From the NCBI GenBank assembly GCA_964304625.1, contig OZ199839.1:3888670-3952669 (forward strand): a stretch of DNA of 64,000 bases, written 5' to 3'. Of the stretch, positions 39,626-51,600 are shown one piece after another. Source of the stretch: Kudoa neothunni. Its lineage: Eukaryota; Animalia; Cnidaria. Made by a program: the position numbers and the translations under genes. How positions within the stretch are numbered: the stretch's first letter is position 1; each line of letters starts with the position of its first letter. The notes under the pieces were generated by a model that searched no databases, was not told where the DNA came from, and saw nothing but the letters and a program-made list of their open reading frames with translations.

Positions 39626-40267
39626 CATGGGTTCTCAACCAGGGTTAAATTAACCCCTTGGAGGTAAATTTTAAATGATTAGGTGTACATTAAGTAACAT
39701 CAAAATTGGATAAGGTAATATTCATGTAGTGGGGTTTGTGATTTGTCTAAGGATTCCTAAGGAATTATATTATTTAGCGCAATTAAACTCAATAAGAAGT
39801 ATGTATAAATTCTTATGCTTTTTTAAACATAAGTATTTAATAAGTATTTATGAAACTATTATCATTCTCTTTTTTCATGGCCCCTTTCTCTTAGTGATGT
39901 GGCCTGATTATAATATTTGAAATGGCTATTTGCATGGCAAATAAAATACATGTGTGCACTAATGTTGACTATTTTTAATTATTTCTGGCCATAAGAACGA
40001 AAAAAGGGGGCCAGAAATAATTTAATTTAGCGTAATCTAAAAAATAAATCTGTTGACATCTTGTGAGTAAGAGTTGGTGGGATTAACAATTGTCATTACA
40101 CAAATGTACGTGCCTTTTAGAATTTATCCTAAAAGTAACCCCTGTCATTGCTAAGCCAGTATAAAATACAAAAGTAGATATGAAATTGGCTTCCAAATTA
40201 AAGGGGTAAATTAGGATTTCTTAATAGACCGAGGAGGTAAATTTGAAAACTCCGTTGAGAACCCCTA
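39626..40267. mobile_element. hAT (Charlie/Buster-type) MITE
   Basis: TIRs CATGGGTTCTCAAC / GTTGAGAACCCCTA; repeated GGTAAATT subterminal motifs; left flank gtttaaat fits nnnTAnnn. Confidence 0.7.
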
Positions 40268-41672
40268 GATTTTATGATTAATAATTATTCAAAAATTTAA
40301 TAACCCCTTGAATAACGTTTTACTAATTGTTCGACATTGTAAGAATAAAATTATGTATTAAAATTTCCTGATTTTTGATACATCTTAATTTAACTGATGG
40401 ATGTGATTAAATTATCATCGTTTTGCCATGCCAATGTAGAATTAACTTATTATTTGTAATGAATTGAAACTTTTGTTATGTAGAAAAATTGTATACAATT
40501 AAATACTTTGAAAATTTTAATGAGTCGTAATTGTTCATATTTTAAACAATAGTGAGTTGGCCACGCCAAATCACACATTCCTCACACATGATTTATCAAT
40601 TTCTACAGTTATTATTTTCAAAATTCTTTATTTAAATATAGAATTCACTTTAGTTATTGATTATATCGAAAAATTTGAACGAATAAATAAATTATTTTCT
40701 TCAAAGATAAAATGATCTACCGAAATAAATAAAAAAACCAACATCGTACTTGTTGTAAACCTGGCCTTAGTTATTACATATATTAATTTAACAAAGAATG
40801 TTCAAAGTTAAGGTAGATTTGACAATTTAATATTTTATTAAAAATTATGTTCATATTTCTCTCTCTAGATAACGTGTTTCATCGAAGTGAGTCATTAATA
40901 AGAAAGGGTTATAGAAAAATCGTACTAATATTCTTAATAGGATAAAATAAAACTCTTCCTATTTCTCTTTTTGCAAAATGTAAAGTATAATATTTTATCT
41001 TAAATTAATCATCGCGTAATACTTAAATTTAGCTAGTTACGAATTAGGGTGTGTTCAAGGTATAAAAGTTATATAGTTGCAATATTTGGGGACCTCAAGC
41101 TTAATTTTTTGATTTAGAAAAATTTTACAGCTTCAAGTATAATAATCAAAGAAGTTGTAGTTTTATTATTTTTGGTCGACATTCATTACTACGTAGACAC
41201 GATTATCTTCAATGTGATCATTTTCCCTAGATTATTATTAGTATTAATTATAACCTAAATTATTTTTCTGTTGAAATATAAGGTTAAACTATTATAATTA
41301 TTTATTAGATAAAATTTTCAACTACCTCAGTAAGTAATATACTCTCCTAATTAAAATTGCACCCCAAACACAAACAGCACACACTCAATAGGAAGAATTG
41401 GAATCTTAGATTTTAATTTCATTAGATGGATAAGATACCTTATACCAATCATTTAAATATTAATTATATATAATTTATCTTTTAAAAGAAAAAGCATTCG
41501 AATCGATGCACCAAAAACGTTCAATAATCAGTAATACCATTGGTACAACTATACACCATCAATAATCAAATATTTATTTTTTTCAATTTAGACAAATTTC
41601 ATCTACAATGATACGTTGAAGATTCTCATCATTTCCTTGGATCCAACGAAAAAACTATTACCTTTCACTTTT

Positions 41673-41684
41673 TGCGCAAGCGCG
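41673..41684. promoter_or_regulatory. NRF1-like motif TGCGCAAGCGCG, 21 bp upstream of the HAUS6-like ATG
   Basis: 10/12 match to the NRF1 consensus. Confidence 0.5.
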
Positions 41685-41705
41685 ATTTATTTTTCCTCTG
41701 CATTT

Positions 41706-43385
41706 ATGGCGGATTTCAGCACTATTATGGATATTAAAAAAATTCTTTGGACAAATTTTTCGTTGTTGAACATCACTCCACCCAATTTCAAGTCCAAATA
41801 CGATGTGGAATTCAACAGGTTTCTACTTTGCTAACTTAACCCTAACTTAAAAACTATTTAATATAGGGATTCATTTGATATTCCAAATCCAGCATTGGCA
41901 TGTAAAATTTTGTACGAACTTGGTTTGACATTGAATGATAAGTTGGCACTTAAGTATTTAAAGTATGCATGCATATGAGGATATTTGTAGCTGTTGAAAT
42001 GATACATTTTACCGTAGAATCGATTCGAAAACTAACTTCAACAAACAGGTGGAATCTGACTTTAAGAAGAATTTTTTCCTTTTTCTTAAGAAACATTCAG
42101 CCCAACAACCTGAGCTAAATCTACAAGAGATCTCTTCAAATCAACTGGCCAATCTTCATGGTAATAGATTTGGTTGATGTTTACTCATTATATGAAATTA
42201 CTTATAGGAAAAAATTTTTATTATTTGTTGGCCATGTTAACCACATCCATTTTACACAGTATTATGCTGGAAGCAGGTAGTTATTGATATAATTGAAAAC
42301 TTGTAATGAATGAGGATATTTCAAAGATGCATCAATAACATTTCCGAATTTTACATTTGAAGATGGTTACAGCCACAAGATGTTTGTAGAAAGTTATGCA
42401 GAAAGTTGCCAAAAATTTTGTCTTTCCAAATCCAAGCAGTACATTTATTTACAGCATCCATTGAGAACTATCAAATTTCTAACTTGTTTATAACCGTTTG
42501 TAGTATTATTGCACTCACAGAACGACAGGTCAATATGGAACAATCATTTGATGCTATAAAAAAGTGAATTAAAATTCACTCTAATTAAAGAGTTTTATGT
42601 GCATATGTTTGATCCAGAGAGCTGCTTGATGATAGAGAAAAATTACTTCAACAACTTGGAGAACTTCGTGTGAAACGTAACCAAATATATAATAGCGATG
42701 AGTTAAAGTAATTCGATTTTTCAATGTGGTTTATGTGATGTATCAATAAATTCAGTCCTGAAGAATTGAAAAAATCCACCGAACAACTGCATCTTCAAGT
42801 GAGTTTTTTCTTTCATGTCTAAATCACCGGTAGCGTTTGATAAATTAAAGGTGAAAAATTCATTAGAACATCTTCAAAACTTGCTCCAGGAGTTCATCCT
42901 TAACCAACCTTATATTGAAAATTCATTCCCAGATGGCTGTTTAAATTCGTCTGTGTTGCAAAATGTAATCCAGCTAATGGTTGAGAAAATTAATTTCTAT
43001 CACAATTGCTGTTTTGATAGAATGCGGGAAATTATTCCATGCAAATGAATGATTTCAATAAAACACTAAACCTAAATATGTCCTATAACAATGCTTTAAA
43101 TAATGAAAAGATTCCATGTGTTGACATCACGGCGTATTCTGTGGTTATTGTATCGAAGGACTCATGTTTTTTTGTTTAGACTGCTAGACAAAATGGAAAC
43201 AATTTTGGAGCCAATCAAAGCTGAAATTGACTGTGATTTTTTTTGATGATTAACCTTCTTGATTATGCCATGTAGTGTATCTGAACGAATACACTAGCGA
43301 AAATATACAGTTTAATGTGGACAAATGGACGGAATTTAAAGAACGTCATTCAAATTTTCTTAACATGCTAAAATCTTTGCGATGA
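41706..43385 (+). CDS. HAUS6: HAUS augmin-like complex subunit 6-like (N-terminal domain plus coiled coil), multi-exon
   Basis: Spliced KKILWTNFSLLNITP...FNR-DSFDIPNPALACKILYELGLTLND...ESDFKKNFFLFLKK...NLHG-KNFYYLLAML resembles HAUS6_N (LW..L..LGF...MFDKLN..AF..I.YFLF.VLD...DTEFRK...GGPKFIHLM). Ends MLKSLR*. Confidence 0.6.
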
Positions 43386-44689
43386 CCATACTAATATCCT
43401 CTACATTGGTTTGTCATTTTTTATTTTATTTGTTAACATTTTTATAGAATCTATAAACAGAAGAGTGAATAGATGTGAAACAGCTATTATAAATTTATAT
43501 TTATACATACTTTATTAATTTAAATATTTCAAATATTTTTTGTGGGAAGATTCATATGGTCAAACGGGTGACTTTTGTGTCGATTTCTCTCGAGAAAATA
43601 TAAAATTTAATTTTTTTTATCATATTTATTATAGTGGGTTGTTCAGTGGGTAACCATTTTTTATTAGGCTTTTAGCGCGCCCCTAAGATTGATCCCCTAA
43701 GCCAATGTTTCCCAACCGTTTTTTAAAATATACTCCCACAGTTTGGTGAAAAATCTAAAGTTACTCCTTCACTTGGAAGCTGAATTCATATCTACTTTAA
43801 GGTTTTATACTTATTTAAGTAATATTTGGTTACATCACTAAAAGATGAATGAGTCATAAAAGAGAGACTGATTATATTGTTATAAATAGTCGTTAAATAC
43901 TTTTTTCTAAAAACATTTAAAACATTCTTTCCAACTTCTTATTGATTTTAATAGCCCTGAATAATATAATTCTCTAGAAAACCTTAAATACGTCAAAACC
44001 CCCATAATGCAAAAATCACCCAAGTCTAATTTGGATGTTACTTAACACTCCCTGTCCGTAAAGCGACCCGCCTGGACCCCAAATCCGACTGATTTGAGCC
44101 TAGTTTTGGAATTCCTCTCAAAATTTAACGCACTTGGATAGGCGTAAAAACATCACATTTTGGAAAATTATTATTGGCTAATTTTAATGATTTTTGTGTC
44201 TTCACAGATAAAAATATGTTTCGATTTTAAAGACAACTCATCTATACCGAGTAAATATATCCTTCTCTTATAATTGAAGATGTAAAGATTTAAGATATAA
44301 TGTTTAATTGGGTAAATAATGATTCTTAGCATATAATAGAATTTCACCGCGGATTATCGAGTTTTAATTCAAAAATAACTTATCTAATTTTAGGATTTAC
44401 TATTCGCTACGATAAGTTTTCCACCAGAAGGATATAAGAAGTTTATTTATTAAGCCTATAATATTAAATATTTTTAAGGAGAATTAATAATGTAATTTAA
44501 AGTCGCGGAATTATCGGCCGTTTCACTTAACGTTATAATAATAAAAACCTAATTCTGATATTAATAAATTTATAAGATAAAATTTTGTTAAACTGAGCAA
44601 TACAAAGAAAATTAAAGATTAAGTGTCAGAAATAACGCGACATATCTAGTGTTTTCAAATAACAAACATGTCTGACAAAAAAGATTGTA

Positions 44690-46609
44690 CAGTCAGTGAC
44701 CGGTTTTACGCACGTCCGGTTTTACGTACTTTTAAATATCGCATTTATTTTACAAGTTATATCATGAACAAATAAATAATATATTTACTAACACATTTAT
44801 TTATAAATTTAAATGAAAAAACTTTATATGCACCTAAATTTTGCAATCAAAATGTCACGTGATTTGCCAATTTTACGCACCTTTTCTGACCAAATTGGTT
44901 TATAGTTTTCATAAAAGTGACGTAAATGGCTAATAAAAATAAATCTAAGAATAGAACAATTGAAGAGAAATATAAAATTATTAAATATTTTCATGGAATC
45001 ACCTCAAGAGGTGCGAAGGTTGCTACTATAAAACATTTTAATATATCAACAATATCCACTCTTAATGGCATTTTAAAAAATGAAGAGAAAATTATAGAAA
45101 TGTTTGAGGGGGGATTGGTTTGTAAAAATAGGAAAAATCTAAATGATGGCACCAATATTTCCCTCGATGAATGTGTCTATAATTGGATATGCTGGGTGCG
45201 ATCAAAAAAAATTTACCATCAAATGCAACATACGGTTGGTTTCGATGTTTTAAATCGAGATTTAATCTCAACAAAATAAATTTCCATGGCGAAGCGGCTG
45301 ACATTGACCCATGTACAAGTTCTGAATGGCTTTCTCAACTTAAAAACTTATGTGAAGGATATAGTGATGATTGTATCTATAATATAGATGAAACCGCGTT
45401 GTTTTATCAACAACAACGAGGTATATTTTTCCATTTGTCATACTTGCATATTTTATATAGGTAAAAGTTATGTAAGCTCCATAGAAAGTCATACAAAGGG
45501 AACAAGAAAGTCTAAAAAACGGATGACTGTTTTGTTCGGTGCATCGCTAAGCGGAGAAAAACTTGAACCTTTGGTTATTGGACCTAGTCGAAAGCCCAGA
45601 TGCTTTAAAAATATAAATAGCCTTCCAGTTTTATATGAATCCAACAAGAAGTCTTGGATGACTAGTGAAATCTTCCTAAGATATCTAACTAAAATCAATT
45701 CTATTTTCACGAAAAAAAATAAAAATGTTCTAATTTTTTTAGATAATGCAACCTCTCACCAAAAAACACTATTCAGTAACATAAAGCTGATCTTTTTACC
45801 CAAAAATACCACTAGTTTATTGCAACCCCTAGATCAAGGGATTATTCACTCATTCAAATGTGCATATAAGAGGAAAATGATCAAAAAATATATTTCATGT
45901 ATTGAGGTGGGATTAGAACCAACTCCACCAACCATTTTAGATGCGATGATGTTGATTAAACAAGCGTGGGAATGTGCAAGCGTATCCACCATCATAAATT
46001 GCTTTCAAAAAGCTGGGTTTTCATCTCGACAACCGGTCCCTGTCAAAGCTAACAGCATTTTGATATCACCCGACAAAGAGTTTATTGAAATATGTGACAT
46101 AACTCATCCAAATATATTACAAGAAGAAATTGAGGATATGATTGCCGACGAAGCTTCAATAAAGAATATCAATATGGTCCAAACTCTATATTCTGAAAAA
46201 TTCGATGAGTCTTCAGCTTTAGGTGATAAATTTTCGAGTTTATATATATTAACTTTATGTAGAGAGTGATGATTATAGTGATGATGAAGCGAATTGTGAA
46301 AAAATTGATATTTTGGAAAGAAATCCAATATCATGTCAGAAGGCTTTGATTTATTTGAAGGAGTTAAAATTATTCTACAAATTTCATAAAGATGATCGAT
46401 CGGCCATCTTAGCTTCGTTAGAAGAAGATACAATCAACATAATTTCAAGGAACCTTACTCAATCAAAAATAACTGATTACTTCCATTTAAAAAATGATTA
46501 AACACTATACTATCCCAAATTGGCGCATTCTAATTACGTTATTTAATAAACAATTGAATATTTTCATTCTGGCGCGCGCATAAAAGTACGTAAAACCGGT
46601 CACTGACTG
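44690..46609 (+). mobile_element. pogo/Tigger DNA transposon, near full length
   Basis: 24-bp TIRs CAGTCAGTGACCGGTTTTACG(C/T)AC with TA TSDs; duplicated subterminal CCGGTTTTACGTAC. Confidence 0.95.
44926..46501 (+). pseudogene. pogo/Tigger transposase with two 40-nt introns (45421-45460, 46223-46262) and a frameshift/deletion in the CENP-B HTH
   Basis: HTH; GWFRCFKSRFNL..FHGEAAD; YNIDETALF; WMTS; FLDNATSH; LPKNTTSLLQPLDQGII; C-terminal QSKITDYF PIP box after splicing; frame break at the A8 run 45204-45211. Confidence 0.9.
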
Positions 46610-47117
46610 TATAATCAAATTTCAAGAGTTAATTTGAATGTTATCTTTCATATATGCCTTAAAAATTACGTTAGATTACAAATTAGAACCAAGACATTTC
46701 TATTCAATTTAATCAGTTCATTATTAATTTGTTGTTTCCGATTTTATACGATAACGCTGCCGTTGTTGCTGCACGCTCTGATTAATTTTACTTGCGATTT
46801 CCTCTTTTAAAGTGGTTTTCACTTTCCAAATTACTTTTTATCAGATGAAATATGTTTAATTTTAATTTCAGTGCCATTTAATTCTTTCTTAATTTTACAT
46901 AGCCGATATTGGTGCATTATGGGACTCTGTTTTTTAGCCTAACTAATGTTTCATAATTAAATTAATTTCTTACACAGAACATCTTATAAATTGTTTAAAA
47001 CATGCCAAAAAGGAGTTAAAGACCATTAAGACAGTTTTTTCTTGCGCTGTAAAGCGAGGGTTAATTTACCACCTATCATTAAAAATTTACCTCCGGTTGA
47101 GAATCCCTGCTATAAGC

Positions 47118-48000
47118 CAGTGTTTCTCAATTTTGAATCACATGAAGCAAATGTGGGTCGTGGTAGATTTTGTGTGGGCCATGAAAAATTTTTGGAGTAA
47201 TGTTGGACGGCGTAGGAAACGCGGCCCCTTGCCGTGTATGATACCTTCGAGATAGAAAATGTTTTTTTTTCACTTTTAGACTCGAGATTCATTGGTCTAA
47301 TATAAATAATATATTGATATTAGTTACAAATTGTTGTTTTATAAGTAACGTAATATATTTCAAGATAGATGGTAAAAATCTTACATCCCCAGGAGACGTG
47401 AAACAATCAACATGTGTTCTAATCAGGCAATGCTGATTCCTTCTTTAGATTGGGTTCGTGTACACACAAAAATTTCTTAACTTTAAAAATCTGACAAAGA
47501 TGCGAAGTAATTTTTCTGGCAATTAAATTTTAGACACGAAGCCCTTAATCTTTTCCTTGAGTCTGTTTAACTCCATGTTAAATCACGAGGATATTTCATA
47601 AATTTGTCTATTTTCTATTTTTATATATTTAATATTTCATATAATTGTTCACAAAATATATAAATGGAAAAAACATGTTTACAAAGTATATGTACATCAA
47701 CTTTAGTCTATTTAAAAAAGAAGAATTCTTATCTATATTAAAAAATATATCGCTCCATTCATAATTTCCAAAATTTTTTATTCGAAATTTAGTATTTATA
47801 AAATTTTTAAATTCGCAAAACTCCACATTTCTATTGAAGCAATTCTGCGATACTTCGGAGGTGAGATTAAAGATTTTAAAAAATTTTATTTTGAATTTTT
47901 TAAAATAAATTATACTTTAAAAAGCTAAAAGTTCTCGGCGATTCCTTCAGAGGGATTTGTTATGCGCACGCAACACGCTTACGACGTTTTCTAGGGGACT
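47118..48000. mobile_element. hAT-like remnant starting with CAGTGTTTCTCAA
   Basis: Typical Charlie/Buster terminus exactly 8 bp after the previous hAT terminus; other end not identified. Confidence 0.35.
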
Positions 48001-48684
48001 TAGTTATTCTAACTCATAAAAAATATCACAGGATCGATAGTTCAATATAATTAATAGTTGTGATTTTAAAGTTATACCATTTTTATCTGATGTGAGCCTA
48101 TATTAATTAGGACAATGTTGATGCAAATTAAGTTTTTGAACATTTTATAATTTAACAAATCCACGTTAACATAAAGATATTATAATTTTATGCCAACCCC
48201 AAGTTCTTTTTAACTAAACATAAAGAATGGTGGAGCTTTTTCCCATACCTGAATGACATACTATTATTAGACGGCTTTCTCAATGATTATCTAAATTAGA
48301 ACTAGCAATCATCACCAAACTAATTTTACTTTTAGACGATATTATTATATATTATTTTTAATAACTGTTTAATATTGATACCTATATTATTCAATGACCC
48401 CTTACATTAATTTATTACTAGAGAATGAATTTTTACTTTTACTGACAACAAAATCAGAATGAAGCTTAAATTGTATATATATATATATATTATATTTGTT
48501 CTATTTAACAACAAGAACATAAATGTTTTAAAATTAACGATGAAAACCTAAAAACAATAGGATTAAAATACGATAAAACAAATCGGTTAATTACGGTAAA
48601 ACTACATTTCCATTAAACAAAATTTGTTATTACATTTCTGTTGCAAACGAACCCTCATATTACTGAAATATAGCGTGGTGGAAG

Positions 48685-51600
48685 ATGTTTGCTGAATTAT
48701 CGGACTATATCAAACGAAATGTGTCCTATATTGATCTACCATCAAATCTACAAGGAGTAATTAAATTAGGTGCTTGTTTCGAGCGAATCTGGTATTGATT
48801 CAATTTTGTTGGTAGTTATGTGGGAATAGCCCAATGAAATATGGCGAATTGATCGTTGAATATAATTTCAGTAATCAGCGTTTCATATGACAACAACATA
48901 GTGCAAACATTTGCACGAAAAGAGGAAACAGTATTATTCCAGTCTATTGGAGCATAATTGCAAAAATCTGCTGGTAAACATGAAGTATTCACTCCATATC
49001 GTACATATTGCTGTTGTTTGTAGATAATTTCCATACCATTTGTCGGCGGTACTCTCCAAATTTTCATATGTTGACCCAGCCGAATATTATATCTCAATGT
49101 TGGAATATTTGTTGAACCAAATCAAAAGTTATGATGTTATTCCAAACTTTACTGCGGCTGATATTCTTCAATTGCTGGGCATCGGAAGGAACCAATATAT
49201 AGACATTGTTCTCAAAAGCAAACCTACCAAAGTAAATTTTTCTATTAATTCCACCAGCTATCACACTTAATTTTGTTTAGTCTTGGATCTTTAAAAAAAC
49301 CTCTTATAGACAATTTTTCCAAAAATACCCAAATCTATGGCCTGCTTGCAGTGATTGGTGGTTGGTTAAAGTGTCCTATGTCACTGTCAACGATATTAAT
49401 GTACGATACATTGTTGAGCAATTTCCAACGAAATTTTAATCTAATCACTATACGTGGAATTGAGTAATTTTACCCATAGAATTGCACTCCTGAAGAAAAA
49501 GCAGCCATTGATGATGTTATCGATATGAGACAACTCAACTACAATTATTTTCAAACCTAATGTTATTTTGGGTAGATTGCTTTTAAAGGATCTCTAGTTT
49601 AATAGTCTAATAGAGTTGTACAAAAAATCGCTCATTTGGTTTGATATTGTCGTTAAGGATACCGATTATTTCTCAGGTAGTTTTAGAGTTTTAGGAGAGG
49701 GATTTCCAAGTCATTGTCAATATATAACCTTAATCTATAATCTATAGTTCCTACTCTTGAGAACTTTGTGATGAATAGAGTCCAAGGCGATTACATGGAA
49801 ACCACAATGTATAAAGTGTTTATCTCAATCGACGAACACACTAACGTCAGTGAGGTGCGTCAGCCTGATTATGTCAATATTTTAGTTCTGTTTCTAGTTG
49901 GCAGTGCTATTAAACCTTGATATTACTATTGTAAAAGTAATAGAAATTTATTGAAGATAGTCAATTTAACGCACATTTAAGAATGCTATTTCGCTCTTTT
50001 GCAGACTAGGATTATGCTGTAAACTGGATGAAAAAAAATGTCACTGCTACTTCCGTGATTTCTTCCGAGGGATTGGGTGTTGACGATACATTGTTAACCA
50101 TAAATACGGACGACCTATTAGAAAACACCATCGACGCTACTAGAAGACTCTCAGTAACCTCTGAAAAAATTTCCGCATATCCAGAAAAGAGGACTTTAAT
50201 TTAATTAGTAATTTTGATATTTTGAGAACACTGGAGTGATAGTGATGTTGATGAAGACCTCTCTCCAGTTAGTCTTGGCAAATCCCAAATCGAAAAATGC
50301 GAGAGTTTGAAAGTAGCTTCTTCTGGTTCGCTTTATAAAAATGGTATCGTTTAAGTTTATTTTTCCAAGTGGATCGCATTAAAGAACGAATAAAAATGAT
50401 TTATTGTTTAGATGCCAAAAGGATCGGATTGTTTTTTTGATTCATCATTAACGGCTTTTCTGATGATGGGAAATCTTTCGAGTGTAAGTTTCTGCATAAA
50501 ATTGGCGCTACTGTAACTCAAATCATAAATATGTTCTACTCGTATTAATTTTTTAAATAAAATTAATCCCTTTATATTTTTAAAATTTTTTCTATATTGC
50601 TTTTATTCTTATTTCAATATAAGGTTTTTACTTAATATTTCTCTCCATAAATTTATATTATTTATCGAATTATGTATAACTTATCTTTAATTAGTTTTAA
50701 TCTTTTTTATTTCTAGACATTCTTTTCTTAAATAATATTAATGTTTTTTTCGTTGATATAAACTTAAATTTAATATTAAAAACTATTAGAAATGTAAAAA
50801 AGTTTTAATTAACAAAATCGTATCAAATTTGTATAAAAAATAAAAATTTTATTCTATGCAGAGTATTTTCTATTATTTTGGATTTAGGGGAATAACAAAA
50901 ATTTTTATTGGTCAAATTTTAAGCTATTTTAGTTCAATATAACTAGTGGAGGGAATTTTTAAATCTTAAAAGAATAAATTTCATTTTGTTGCGTACAATT
51001 TGCTATGACAGATGTCTACATTTGATATTATTTTATGAAATTCGTTTCTTAATCTTTGACTTAAAATTAAGTTTATTAATTGTTGGTGGTTAAAGCCTAT
51101 AAAATATAATCTATATAAGTATATAGAAATTTTCGATTTTCTAAGCAACGAAAATTCCAATAATATACTATTAACTATTAGTTTTTTTCGAATATATACA
51201 CCCCAATTTATCATCAAAATAAAGGTATAGTTAATTAGATAGCAAGTGGAAAATATTTAAAGATAAATTCCGGCGCGATAACTAGAATATTATATTTTTT
51301 AGATTTGGATCGGGTTTTTTATAAATTAAAATTTACTTCAAAAAGATACATTTATTTACTAAATTAGCGTTTTATTTTATCGCCAATCAAATTCTTTCGT
51401 AAAATTTCAATTTATATTTTTAGGGTTTGAAAAGCTATGCGGTGACAATGTATGAGGTTGGCAAACTCACAAATGAATCCATGAGTTCGTTTATCGGCGA
51501 ACTTACAAATGTATTCAATTGATATCTTCGGTCATGGACCTTATGTTTGATCATGTGTAAATAATAGATGAAAAGTGTGAAAGAAGGAGATGCTCATGTG

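Larger units (their letters stand above)
43703..47109. mobile_element. possible hAT/Buster element or ends flanking the pogo copy
   Basis: Left end CAATGTTTCCCAAC preceded by ccctaagc; right end GTTGAGAATCCCTG followed by ctataagc (6/8 match). The right end is similar to the 39626 MITE family. Confidence 0.35.
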
